A DNA stretch of 63,714 bases, counting the filler, from Octopus bimaculoides (taxonomy: Eukaryota), in NCBI RefSeq assembly GCF_001194135.2. It is 3 parts of one record of this genome, joined end to end, with 100 filler letters (N's around TTAATTAATTAA, not from the genome) between each part and the next. Parts side by side here need not be neighbours in the genome. Positions count along the whole stretch, not along the records: positions 1 to 16,491 come from NC_068982.1; 2 more parts are not named here. One strand, given 5' to 3'. The notes under the pieces were generated by a model. The model ran no database searches. It saw only the letters and a list, made by a program, of their open reading frames with translations, and was not told where the DNA came from. Made by a program: the position numbers and the translations under genes. Positions 1 through 11,854 of the stretch are shown here, one piece after another (position 1 is the first letter of the stretch; each line of letters opens with the position of its first letter).

Positions 1-84
1 GGGCAAGTGTCCTATACTAATGTCTCGGTCTGACCAAAGCCTTGTGAATTGATTTGGCAGACGGAAACTGAAAGGATCCCTTCG

Positions 85-123
<39 letters not shown>

Positions 124-392
124 TGTGTGTGGTGTGTGTGTGTGTGTGGTGTGTGTGTGGTGTGTGTGTGTCTTTGTGTCTGTGTTCACCCCCTTCACCG
201 CTTGACAACCGGTGCTAGTGTGTTTACGTTCCCGTAACTTAATGGGTCGGCAAAAAAGACAGATAGAATAAGTACCAGGTTTTAAAAAACATAAGTACTG
301 GAGTCGATACATTCGACTAAAAGAGTTCTTCAAGGCAATGCCCCAGCATGGCCGTAGTCTCTTGACTGAAAAAAGTAAAAGATAAAAAGAAA
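1..392 (+). mobile_element. SINE family A (tRNA/CORE-like head, internal (TA)n(TG)n tract, 3' tail); 5' end cut by the window edge
   Basis: Head GGGCAAGTGTC...GACCAAAGCCTTGTGA...GACGGAAACTGAAAG, then a microsatellite, then tail CTTGACAACCGG...GATAGAATAAGTACC...CCCCAGCATGGCCG...GACTGAAA...TAAAAGA. The same architecture is complete at 40800-41260. Confidence 0.85.
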
Positions 393-1155
393 GGCATTTC
401 TGATACACTTTTGAAACTCTCGACATTCCGGCTTCTCGCTATTCATCATAATTTCAACAGGAAGATGGTCACAGCTAGATTTCCGGATGTTAAGTTTTCG
501 TTATTATTGTTTGTAATTTTCACAGAGTGTGGTGGCAGCAAGCTAATCAGGATGGGTTGGCGTTGATAAGAAGTATCGTATTTATACGTGCAGTATAAAT
601 CCATCGTATGTCCTGCTGGTTTTATCCTGTGGTCGTTTATAATCAACAGTTTATATATGATTAACAAGGCCTCATGTGATGTTTAAACGTGGTATCTATC
701 TGTAAATTGGTGTTAATATATTTTATGTAAGGACCAATAAAATACTAACTAGAAATAAATATGCGGTGACGAGAATAAAAATATCTGATATTACCAATGA
801 TTAATATTGTTTGCTTTTGTGTTTTTGTTTTGTTTCATTCTTATAGCTACTACGAGAGACAACTCCCAACACGATTTGGTATTATTTTGATCTCATTAGC
901 AAAGCATAGCAGAAACAGTGATCCGTGAAATACGGATTTAATATTCACGTCATGATTGTATATCTATTTGCGCAAGAAAGAATAATTGTTTGAAGATTAA
1001 ATAATTCTGAAATGTCATCTGCATGAAAAACAATGAAATCTGTATTAACATAATCAATGCAGAGAGATTAAAACGTCACGGTATTGGCCAATATCTAATA
1101 TTTTCTTAGGCATTATGTGTGATACAATTCGAGGTAAATTTCGATTTATTCTCAC

Positions 1156-1217
1156 CTCATCAATGAAGCAGTGCTTCTTGCACTCGCAGATGTAGAGTAA
1201 ACATGTAAGATTGTTGC
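1156..1217 (-). CDS. Candidate 62-nt internal exon of an unidentified gene
   Basis: Minus-strand acceptor ATTCTCTTTTCATCCAG| and donor GAG|GTGAGA. Two frames are open (xNNLTCLLYICECKKHCFIDE or ATILHVYSTSASARSTASLM). No homology recognised. Confidence 0.25.
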
Positions 1218-2654
1218 CTGGATGAAAAGAGAATTGATATCAATCAACATGGTTTAGTGTAATGCATTCATGAATGTTATTTGAGTGTATTTGGAATAAA
1301 TTCACAATTCATGCAAAACATTAATATGCTTAATAGTTATTTGCTATACTGGCTGATCGAAATCAATATATATATATACAGGATGATCATGGTTGGAAAA
1401 ACCATGATCATAGATTTGGCCGGACCGGAACGAAACAACAAGTTAATTTCAAGAACTAATCTTCCTCGTCGAGCACCCTTTGAGAATAACTCAAAAAGAA
1501 AATATATAATGGTTTCAAATTTTGGTACAAGATCAGCAGTTTTAGAGGAGTACTGAACTGGTACATTATTTTATCGATCCCCGAAGGAATGAAAGTACAG
1601 TTAACATCGCTGGAATTTGAGCCCAGATTGTAAAGAGCGGAGAGAAATGCCACTAAGCATCTTATCTAATTCGCTAACGATTCCACCAACTCGCCACCAC
1701 CAGTAGAAAAAGTATATAATAATTTCTATTGTAGGTATAAGGCCACAAGTTTTGGCTGCAAATCCAGGTCATAAATCTAGGCAACAAAGTGGCAGAATTG
1801 TTAAAGCAGTAGATGAAGTGCTTCGCAGTATTTTGAGATCCAATTCCTGTGAGGTCAATTTTTACCTTTCGGGATCGATAAAAAAAATAACTAACACAGG
1901 GCGGCGAATTAGCGGAACTGTTAGGACATCAGGTCAGATATATTGCAATATTTGTTCCGACTCTTTATGATCTGAGTTCACATCTTGCCATAACCTACTT
2001 TGGCGGTTTACTTAATTCATCACCCATTTCACCACGACAACATATCAACCTGGGTGCCTTTAGTAGAGTCTACTGTTGCTCGCATTCGGTTGGAGGATAC
2101 CTCCCTCCCGCAAAGAGGCACCGCAAAGAGTCACGGATTCTTTTTTTCACATGACTAATATATATATATATATATATGGGAGAATTTACGAAAAAACAAC
2201 AGACGAAGACAGGTGGATGTATTAGTATAACGCTCGGGAATAGAGAAAGTCTTTAACGTTTCGAGCCTATGCTCTTCAACAGAAAGGAACACAGAAAGAA
2301 ACAAGGAGAGAAACAAGAAGAGAAAAAAATATAAATGTAGTGGTCAGCGATCGATCATGGTGAATGCCGGACAGAAGGACCACGCAGGAGAGCTAAGAAA
2401 AACGGGAGATAACAAAGAAGTGGTGATCCCGTATGTATGTATGTATGTATGTATATAGGCGAGCCATCAATATCGTTAATACGCTGGACAACATGCTGCT
2501 AAGCATTTTGTCTGTCTTTACATTCACAGTTCAAATTACGCTGTGATTGACTTTGCCTTTCATCTTTTCGGAGTTGATAAAATAAGCTTTAGTTGTGCAC
2601 TGGAGTCGATGTAATCGACTTCCGCACCTTGTGCCAAGATAAAAAAATATCTTT

Positions 2655-2861
2655 TACACGTTTCAGTCATTTGACTGCGGCCTTGCTAGAGCACCGCCTC
2701 GAATAGGTTAAACCGAACAAATCAACCCCAGGACTTATTTTTAAAACCTAGTATTTATTCTATCGGTCTCTTTCGCCAAACCGCTACGTTACGGGGACTT
2801 AAACACCAACACCGGTTGTCAAGCAATGGTGAGGGCGACACACAGACACACAGACATAGAG
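2655..2861 (-). mobile_element. SINE family A 3' tail
   Basis: Reverse complement of the tail at 41040-41250 (TTTCAGTCATTTGACTGCGGCC...GAGCACCGCC...CCCCAGGACTTATT...GTTGTCAAGC). Confidence 0.8.
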
Positions 2862-4133
2862 AAACATACATATATTTCAATCTCAACAAACTACATGGTT
2901 TCCCCTTCAAATTAATCTCTCTCGAGTCTAATGCACTTTTCCATCTTTCTCTGCCACACTTCTATGCACTGCTGGAAGGATTCATCTGGAATACCCCTCA
3001 GCTCCGTCGCTACGGCCTTCTTGGTAGTAGCCTCTACACCTTCAAAACGGGTTCCCTTAATGACCCCCTTGAGCTTGGAGAAAAGAAAAAAGTCACACGG
3101 AGCAAGATCAGGTGAATAGGGAGATTGTTCCAGTACGGCGATATTCTTCTCGGTCAGAAACTGCTGGATGCTCAGTTGTGAGTAGGTGCATTGTCGTGGT
3201 GAAGTAGCCACGATTTCTCCTGTCGCAACTCGCGTCTCTTCTCGCGCACAGCGAAACAAACGCCGCAGGATCTCTTTATAGACATGCTGACTGACCGCTT
3301 GATGTTGACCTCAGTCCTGCTTGCTGAAGGCCTCCCGCCCCTCGAGTCATCTTCCACTTCTTTGAATCTTTTGTGTCACTCAAAAACACGTGTGCACGAC
3401 ATGGTGTTATCTCTATACACTTGTTGAAGCACATCAAGTGCTTGTGACGGAGTTTTCCGCAACGGAACCAAAAGTTGTTCGGTGTTCATTGTTCGTTCCA
3501 CAATGTTAGTAGCTGAACGACCTGTAAAAGGAATGTAAACAAAAACGGTACTTTTTGGTTGTCTCGCCCCCATTACAAAAATGCCAGTAAAAAATTGGGT
3601 TATCTCCCCACTAAAATATTGAGTTCATGTGGCGACAAGAGATTGAATTAAAAGGGTTACATCCTTTTGATTAAATATTTCAACACATTGTTGACTTTTG
3701 GCCTCCTCACTAGGCATAGTATGATTTGTTATAAAAATGTTATTAGATTCAATAAGATGTTTAATTTTTTCAGTTTTCATGTTTATTAATTTTTTCAGTT
3801 TTGTATGATGTATTATAAAAATATTATCACATTCACTAAGATGTTTAATCTTTTTGCTTTTCATGTTTATTAATTTTTCATTTTTTAAATTTTTGGTTTT
3901 ATTGAGGGTTAAACAATTTTTTTAGTTGGGGGAGATAACCCAATTTTTTTAATAGGGGTGAGATAATCAAAAAGTACCAACAAGAACATGTAGAAAAATA
4001 TGCATTGGTTGCAGAAAGCTAAGATTACAGTTATATATTCCCAAGATATCATGTTAGATGATAACACAATCCGCTTATCACTCTTTCGCTCATAGCTCAC
4101 ACTGCACACCTAGTCCTTTTCAGACAGACCTCG
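2862..4133 (-). mobile_element. Mariner transposon remnant with internal deletion, 5' TIR present, 3' end lost, MITE inserted in the 5' UTR
   Basis: Frameshifted motifs KTPSQALDVLQQVY..TRVFE, EDDSRGGRPS, WLLHHDNAP, PYSPDLAPCDFFLF, WQRKMEKCIRLE. Mariner-like TIR TA|CGAGGTCTGTCTGAAAAG at 4116-4135 on the minus strand. Confidence 0.85.
3547..3978. mobile_element. MITE / non-autonomous DNA transposon with ~60-70 bp imperfect TIRs
   Basis: Left GGTACTTTTTGGTTGTCTCGCCCC...AAAAATTGGGTTATCTCCCCACTAAAA matches the reverse complement of right TTTTAGTTGGGGGAGATAACCCAATTTTT...GGGGTGAGATAATCAAAAAGTACC. AAC flanks both ends. Confidence 0.75.
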
Positions 4134-4229
4134 TATATATNNNNNNNNNNGACAATGGTTAGTGTGGCGTTGACTCTGTACCCTCTGCATCCGCGTTAAC
4201 TGTTGTACCATTTTCTGGGCCACGTATAT

Positions 4230-4370
4230 ATACGACGAGCTTCTTTCAGTTTCTGTCTACCAAATCCATTCACAAACAAGGCTTTGGTCGACCCGAGTTT
4301 ATAGTAGAAGACACTTGCCGAAGTTGTCAAGCGAGCTCCTTACCACATAGTCACCCCTGTGCCTCTATAT
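4230..4370 (-). mobile_element. SINE family A head
   Basis: TATACGACGAGCTTCTTTCAGTTTCTGTCTACCAAATCC...AGAAGACACTTGCC is the reverse complement of the family A head. Confidence 0.75.
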
Positions 4371-5080
4371 ACGTATATGAAATAGTGTTTGACTGAAAGT
4401 TTATTTTCTCGGCCCTGATAGACTGAAAGGCAAAATTGAGTTCCAGTGAAACTTGAACATAGAACGTAAAGTGATTCAAGTAACATCAAAAGGCATTTTG
4501 ACTACCACTCTACTGATTTTACCAACCCACCGTCTTCTCAGTAGGAGGTAGAAAAGCTATTGCTCTGAGGAAGTGAGTTTCAGTCGGGCAAAACAGCTTG
4601 TTTATCCTCTCCTCGACCACCCCACTAGTACACACACACACGTACACACATTCACGCATGTGTGTGTGTGCATGTATGTATGTGCACGCGCATGTCGTAC
4701 TCATGCACCAAGAAGCTAAATTTAAATATTCTCTGAACAGCAGCCACCTGATGTTGGTTTCCTAACCCAAACACTCCTTCGTTTGAAACTAGTGGAGATT
4801 TAGCTTGGCGCTACTTTCAGTGAATCAATCTTTTAAAACAGAACACCTAAACGGGTTACGCAACGACCAGTTACTCATATTCTCTATCCCAATCTGGCGC
4901 AGGCTTGACCGCGTGATTAAAGAGCTCGCTTTGCAGCCTCTACGTGTTTCCTGGTTCAGTCCTACTGCGCGGCACCTTGTATTCTACTATAGCCCCGAGC
5001 CAACTTAAGCCTCGTGAATGAATGTGGCAGACAAACTGTGTGAAAGCGTGAGCATGTATAATATACATATATATCATACA

Positions 5081-5116
<36 letters not shown>

Positions 5117-5689
5117 NNNNNNNNNNNNNNNNNNNNNNNNNNNNNNNNNNNNNNNNNNNNNNNNNNNNNNNNNNNNNNNNNNNNNNNNNNNNNNNNNNNN
5201 NNNNNNNNNNNNNNNNNNNNNNNNNNNNNNNNNNNNNNNNNNNNNNNNNNNNNNNNNNNNNNNNNNNNNNNNNNNNNNNNNNNNNNNNNNNNNNNNNNNN
5301 NNNNNNNNNNNNNNNNNNNNNNNNNNNNNNNNNNNNNNNNNNNNNNNNNNNNNNNNNNNNNNNNNNNNNNNNNNNNNNNNNNNNNNNNNNNNNNNNNNNN
5401 NNNNNNNNNNNNNNNNNNNNNNNNNNNNNNNNNNNNNNNNNNNNNNNNNNNNNNNNNNNNNNNNNNNNNNNNNNNNNNNNNNNNNNNNNNNNNNNNNNNN
5501 NNNNNNNNNNNNNNNNNNNNNNNNNNNNNNNNNNNNNNNNNNNNNNNNNNNNNNNNNNNNNNNNNNNNNNNNNNNNNNNNNNNNNNNNNNNNNNNNNNNN
5601 NNNNNNNNNNNNNNNNNNNNNNTTTATTATCGTGGTGAAGCTAAGTCACCTAACAGAATCGAAGAGAGAGATGTGTGCCGCGGTGGTTT

Positions 5690-6186
5690 AGTTTGGTGTA
5701 CATAGAAAGTCGTGTTGACGCTGGTGGAGATTGATGCTTGGTAGTAATCGTGTTGGTCATGACGATGTTGCTGATTAGTAGTCGTAGATTCTTGTGGCTG
5801 ATATGGCGACGGCGGCGGTCATCGTTGGCTGGACGAAGCTATTGAAGTGGTCGCTGGCTAATTGTTGCTGCTGCTGTCGTGTGGTACACGGAACAGTCTC
5901 TATAGAGAAACTGGACCGAGACAAATTTGGCCACCGAGTTAAAGCTATTTATAACAAACTATCGGCTCCCGATGGCTTCAGAATTTTACTCTATCACGTG
6001 ACCTTATTAGGAGCCGTGACTGGTCAGTTTGCGTTCTGGCGGGAAAGGTTCGAAGAATTTGCCGCTTCAAATAATAACCAGTCACGTGATGACAAGGCTG
6101 GTGTTTTCCACTACGCTCGCGTTTATTTATATTTAAATGAGAAGAATGGCGATAGCAGTTTTGTATCTAATGGCGATAGGTAGTTT

Positions 6187-6190
<4 letters not shown>
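5690..6190. promoter_or_regulatory. CpG-rich, non-repetitive promoter-like segment
   Basis: High CpG density, two TCACGTGA E-box palindromes (~5993, ~6082), GGCGGGAAA (E2F-like, ~6038) and two AATGGCG (YY1-like, ~6146 and ~6169). Motif-level evidence only. Confidence 0.35.
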
Positions 6191-6224
<34 letters not shown>

Positions 6225-6239
6225 TACGTGCATATATAT

Positions 6240-6470
6240 AAATTTAAGTGTCCTTTACTGTAGCTTCGGGCCAACAAAAGCCTTGTGAGTGAATATGGTA
6301 GACGGAAACTAAAAGAAGCAGTGTGAGAGGGCCTGCGCCTGCGTGTGTGTTTATGTGTGTTTGTGTCTGTCTTTGTCCCCCACCACTGCTTGTCAACCAG
6401 TGTAGGTGTGTTTACGTATCCGTAACGTAGCGGTTCAGCAAAAGATTCGATAGAACAAGTACAGCCCGAG
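6240..6470 (+). mobile_element. SINE family A, degenerate
   Basis: AAAGCCTTGTGAGTGAATATGGTAGACGGAAACT...CCCCACCACTGCTTGTCAACC...GATAGAACAAGTAC. Confidence 0.7.
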
Positions 6471-6728
6471 CAAAGCTTTTATAGGGGTGGTACTTTTGGG
6501 TCTGCTGCAGTAAGCTTGGGGGCCCAGGACGGAACAGCAAGCTCAGGGGCAACTCTGGGTGACAAACTTTACGCTACTGTGTATTCCCTTTTCAAGCTGA
6601 GCTGCTCATCAGTCTGACTTTGGGTCGTTTCAAGAAGAATATTACCTGTTCTATGAGATGAGGTTGTTCCTGAAGAAAGGAATGGTATGAGTGGGCTTCC
6701 GCGATACTTTGACCGTGAGAGGGGTAGA

Positions 6729-6733
6729 CAAAT

Positions 6734-6784
<51 letters not shown>

Positions 6785-6790
6785 CGATCG
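6729..6790 (+). repeat. (TAGA)n microsatellite
   Basis: Perfect tandem GATA/TAGA run. Confidence 0.95.
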
Positions 6791-6934
6791 ATCGACCCAA
6801 ATATCTAACAGGTACTTTCATTACCAATCCAAGAATTGACCTCGACAGAATTTGAACTTGGAGTGAAGAGAGTCAGAAAGAATTTCGCAAGGAGTTCTAT
6901 CCGACGCTCTTGCCATTACCAATATTCTACTTCG

Positions 6935-7140
6935 GCAAGCTGGTAGAATCGTTAGCACGCTAGGCAAAATGCTTAGCGGCATTGCGTCCGTCTTTACGTT
7001 CTGAGTTCAAATGCCTGTGAGGTCGAACTTTACTTTTCATCTTTTCGGGTCGATAAAATAAGTATCACTTGGACACAGGGGTCGATGTAATTGACTTATC
7101 CCATCACTCGAAATTGCTGGCCTTGAGCCAAAATTTGAAG
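6935..7140 (+). mobile_element. SINE family B (tRNA-like head plus TTGCCTTTCATCCTTTCGGGGTCGATAAAATAAGTACC domain, possibly Meta-type); roughly 30-40 full or partial copies in the window
   Basis: GGCAAGCTGGTAGAATCGTTAGCACGC...GTTCTGAGTTCAAAT...CTTTTCATCTTTTCGGGTCGATAAAATAAGTA...GGGGTCGATGTAATTGACT. Confidence 0.85.
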
Positions 7141-8344
7141 CAAATATTCTACTTTGCGTGTTGACAATAAATTGTTAGAATCAGTAAGGGCGTCGGACTA
7201 AAGATCATGCGGCGCTTAGTTGCGTTCCTTTAAGTTTTGAGTTCGTATCCAGCCGAGATCAACTTTGCTTTTTTCATTCTGTGACGTCGTTAAAATATAT
7301 GCCACTGATGTATTTAAATGGCCCAAAATGTGTTGGAGCTTGCACCATTAGCTAGAATCCATTATTAGTACAAGGGGATATTCTAGCGCAATATATAAAT
7401 TTCAACAAAAGACTATGAAAATATAATTCTTTAGAAAAAATGGAGGGTCGAAAAATATTAGATAAGGGTGAAACTAAATCATAGATAAAATAGAAGGAAG
7501 AATGATGAGGAAAAGACAGTGAGAAAAAATATACTGGTTTAGGGAAGAAAAATGGAAATGGTATAATACAAATTATTGATAATAAAAATAAAACGAGATC
7601 AAAATACGATTACATTGCCTGGAGAGTGTGGTGGAACTAGATAAAAAAAAATACAAAAGGAGAAAAATTCAAATAATTAGGAAAATAGTAAAAGAAAATA
7701 AGTTTTGTGAACAAGGAAAAAGAGCATACGAGGAAATAGAATAATACAATAAAATAAAAGAATATAGATGAAGATCTGACTGAAAAATCTTCCATACGGT
7801 TCTTATTTTGAAGCTAAATCTAGGAAAAAGGAAGTATGAGGTTAATATTTGAAGACTGTCGAGATTTAATAAGATGGCTTAAACTCTTACACTGTAAGGT
7901 TGTGAAGGGGTCAGAAACATTAAATCAGCGAGAAGAAGCTATTAGCAGGAAGAATACAGAAGGGCGAAAAGGGCTTGGTGTTGGTGTTGATGATGATAGT
8001 GATAATGGCAGTGATAATGGTAGTGGTTGTGGTTGTGGTGGTGGTGGTGGTGGTGACGGTGATGGTGGCGCTTGGATGACAAGATTAAATCATGCAGCTT
8101 CATCACCTGAAGGCAAGCAGATGGTGATAAGATTTCAGAAAACTAGCCAGGCGCAAACAGCTAACTTCTCCAGGTCAACGGAGTTGTAGTGATAGTAGTA
8201 GTAGTCGTGATGGGACTGTGAGCAGCAGTCTTTCCATACGCACTCACCACCACCACCACCATCAATAACAACCGCAGCAGTTTTAGTAGTAGTAGTAGTA
8301 GTAGTGTTACCGTGATTGTAGTGGCGAATAGAATTGGCGAGACG

Positions 8345-9195
8345 ATACAGATGCTTAAATTTTTAGGGACAGATCAACAGACAATCGTCTAAATGGAACC
8401 CAACTTTTGACTGCTACTTGAATTTTTCGACCCCGGAAGAATGAAAGCAAGTTGACCTCGGAGGGATTCGAACGCAGATGGTAGAGAGTCGTAATAAATA
8501 CCGACGGTCTAATGATTTCTGCCACTCTCATTGCTATAATTGTGACGGTTCTTGATTTAGATAAAAGGCCAGAAAGCTGGAAGAGGCGGGGGTTAGTCGA
8601 TTAACTCGATCCGAGTACTTGACTGGTACTTCATCAATTCTGGAAGGATAAAAGATGAAGTTGATATCAGTGGGATTTGAACTCGGTTCGTAAAGAACCG
8701 AAATACATACCATAAGATATTTAAGGCAATACTCTAACGATTCTTCTAATTCAACGAAATAACTGTTTCTAACATAGACATAAAGTTCGAAATCAGAGGG
8801 AGGGATTCAGTTGATTTAATCGACCCTAGTTCTTGCTTAGTACTTTGTTTAATTAACTTCGGAAGGTTGAAAAGCAAAATCGACCGCGGCAGGATTTGAA
8901 CTGGAAACGTAAAATGCCGGTGAAATTTCACAAAGGCATTTTATCCTACGTTCTAACAATTCTACAAATATTTATACTAATAATTGTTCCTACGTGGGCA
9001 CAAGGCCTGAAATTTTCGGGAGGTGGGTAGACGATTACATCGACTCCGGTGCTCAGCTGGTACCTCAATATATCGATCCCGATAGGATGAAAAGCAAAAA
9101 GGACTACTGCGGAATTTGAAATTAAAATATAAGCAGCGGAAAGAAATGCCGCTAAGTATTTTGTTCGAAGCGCTAACGATTCTACCAGCTCGCAC
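8345..9195 (-). mobile_element. Cluster of about four SINE family B copies
   Basis: Repeated GAAAGCAAAGTCGACC(T)CGG...ATTTGAAC and GTCGATTA(C)ATCGAC motifs in tandem. Confidence 0.75.
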
Positions 9196-9589
9196 TTTTA
9201 TAGTAACCGTAATAATAATCAACAATAACATCAACAACGTAGAATTTTTTGTTAGTCGTGGTTTACACTACTTATGTGGTTGGACGTGATTATGATGTCA
9301 TTAAACAAATTCAATTAAATAATGCATATTAAATTTCATTAGGTATGTCAATATTACTCGGTTGTTGGTATTACTCTTTGCTTGTTGCAGTATTTGTTAC
9401 TTCTGAACTTTCTTTTTTGCCCTTTTTTTCTAGTTTAGTCTGAACGAACGATCCGGGTCCATGGGTTTTGCAAGCCCTCCTGTTGTGATTCGAACCCTAA
9501 CCGCTCAATATTCGGTTAGGCATCACGAGTGAGCCACCACAGCTTCACAGGATTGATCGATAAATCAGCGTGAAGCTGTGGCGTGATAT

Positions 9590-11230
9590 GGTTTCTTCGA
9601 TGTTCTAAATTTACCCTTTTGTCGCCCTATATAAACCGATTTGTGTCTAATTTCCCAGAGCAGACGACCTCCGGCATTCGAGCAAATAGCTTCGAATTTT
9701 GTGCAGACGATACGAGCAGGACAAGGAAACTACCTCGCGTAGCGGAGGCAATCAGAAGATACGAGGCGGTGGCAGGGGTAAAAGTTAACAAGGACAAGTC
9801 CGTCGGTTCGCGGCTCGGCACCTGGAGCAGCAAGCCGATAACGTCCAGTGTCGTAGGGCATTGGACGGATGGTCCTGTTAAGTTGCTTGGAGTTTGGTCC
9901 GGACTCCCAGACGGAGAAGATTGGAGTGAGGTTACGGACAGGGTAGAAGCGTTAACCCAGACCTGGTCCGGAAGAGTGCTGTCCCTGAAAGAGGGGGGGC
10001 CGAGGTGGTGCAGACGTTTATTGCGTCTGTTATCACCTACCGTCTGACCGTCGTCCCTTGCCCTGATTCGTGGCTGTGCAAGCTGGTGCGAATTCTCTTN
10101 NNNNNNNNNNNNNNNNNNNNNNNNNNNNNNNNNNNNNNNNNNNNNNNNNNNNNNNNNNNNNNNNNNNNNNNNNNNNNNNNNNNNNNNNNNNNNNNNNNNN
10201 NNNNNNNNNNNNCTGTCAAAAACCGCTAAAGGGTGGCTTAGGGATGCCGTGGTTATTGATGTGCAAACATGCACTGAAACTAAGGCATCTCTGGCTTTAC
10301 CTGGATGGTGGTCATGTGTGGAATTCGCTCGCAGGGGAATTCTTGCCACGACCAGCCTCTATGGAGGGATTTAAACCCGGTTTGATTAAAAGACAAAAAA
10401 AAAAACGACTGAATGGCAAAAGGAATGTCGGCAGGCACTTGCGCTAATCCACAAGGCGGGTAAGGCCGGCAGCGGGAATACCACCTCTGCATTTTATAAA
10501 GGGTCAGTAGAGTACAAAAGTGACGACGTTCTAGGAGAGACTCTAGGGCTCGATGAGAACCAGCTATCCAAACTGTGTCAGTACACTTTCAGGGCGGGGT
10601 ATTTGGACAACTACCAAAGATCCCTGACCTGGCAGTGTTTTAGGAATGCGTTACCTGTTCACGAGAAATTGCCTAGGCACGGATTTTCAGTGCCACCCGA
10701 ATGTCCAAGATGCAGGCAGGACAAGGAAGCTATTCTGCACGCTCTTGTACAGTGCACACAGCTGTCGGAGATGGCAATTTACGTAGAACACGTGTTGTCA
10801 TACCTAAGAAGAGTACAGCTATCAGCTGAGTCTGTGATCAAGAGTGTACCGCCTACCGGACTATCCAAAGAAGGTGAGGCTTGTTTTCTATGTACAGTCG
10901 CAGTAATGAAAGTGTGTGCATGGAGAAGTAGAATGCAAGGTATCAAAACAGGAGCCTTCATCTCCGGCACTGGAATGCTGCAATACTTCAGGTATCACCT
11001 GAAAAGCAAGATAGGGCTGGAGATGAGGCACTTGTCGAGAAGCGTGTACGAAAAAAGATGGAAGGATGTGGCAAAGAAGTCGGGAAGGAATATCCCTTCT
11101 TAATTCCTTCCCTTCTTAATCCCTCCAATGGTAAAAGCAAGGTGTAGTCGCTGGACAACAAGCCAAAAAGTCGGAAAAAAAGGCAATTTAAATTTTAAAG
11201 AATATATATATAACTGTATAAATATATTTT
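9590..11230 (+). mobile_element. 5'-truncated Tx1/L1-clade LINE: ORF2 RT C-terminal half, zf-RVT and 3' UTR; frameshifted and gapped
   Basis: CADD catalytic motif, YEAVAGVKVNKDKSVG.RLGTW, VKLLGVW, WSGRVLSL; 10603-11103 has WQCFRNALPVHEKL.RHG...CPRC...EAILHALVQC. Confidence 0.85.
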
Positions 11231-11779
11231 TAATTCAAACAACGACTCTATATAAACTCGCTAAGCGATTCTCCTAAATGTTTGTAGTGTCCTGTGCTGT
11301 CCCTTCTATGTGTGATATTCTTATCATAATAAAGAGAAAAGCCAGTGATTAACACACACAGAAGACAGGTAACCGCTCAGAAACCTAGATCTGTATATAT
11401 CACGTAAGGCTTGAGATGAGAGCGATGATCTTCCTCGCAAATAATAATCGAATGCAGACTGTGTCGTTGGTCAGCTGGAGATGTCTTCCTGGGGCTAAAA
11501 ACAACAGTAACACCGTCTTCCATAGGACCGCTACGTTTAGGTGGCAAAATATATATATGTGTGTGTCTATATATATATATATAATTATTAAAAATATGGC
11601 AAAAAATCATATATTTAAAGAATCAAAGAGATTCAGAAACAGTATCTGCAATCTCAGGGGATTAAAGTACATTTTTATATATGACGTTGACCACTAACGT
11701 GGACATTTAATGTGATATAAATAGATCACATCTTGTGTCTAAAAAGACCTAAATTGTTCTCAACATGAAATATAGCGTG

Positions 11780-11854
<75 letters not shown>

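Noticed and set aside
6570-6625. CTGATGAG...GAAA on the minus strand, hammerhead-like
   Set aside because: No stem III, no NUH triplet and no stem I partner.
7836-8189. 117-aa Gly/Asp-rich ORF
   Set aside because: Its length comes from (GGT)/(GAT) repeats; no domain or splice support.
11377-11610. Ordinary-complexity ORF (..RSGPMEDGVTVVFSPRK..) and GATGAGAGCG...TCGCAAA hammerhead-like text
   Set aside because: No recognisable homology or splice sites, and the CUGANGA and GAAA cores are absent.
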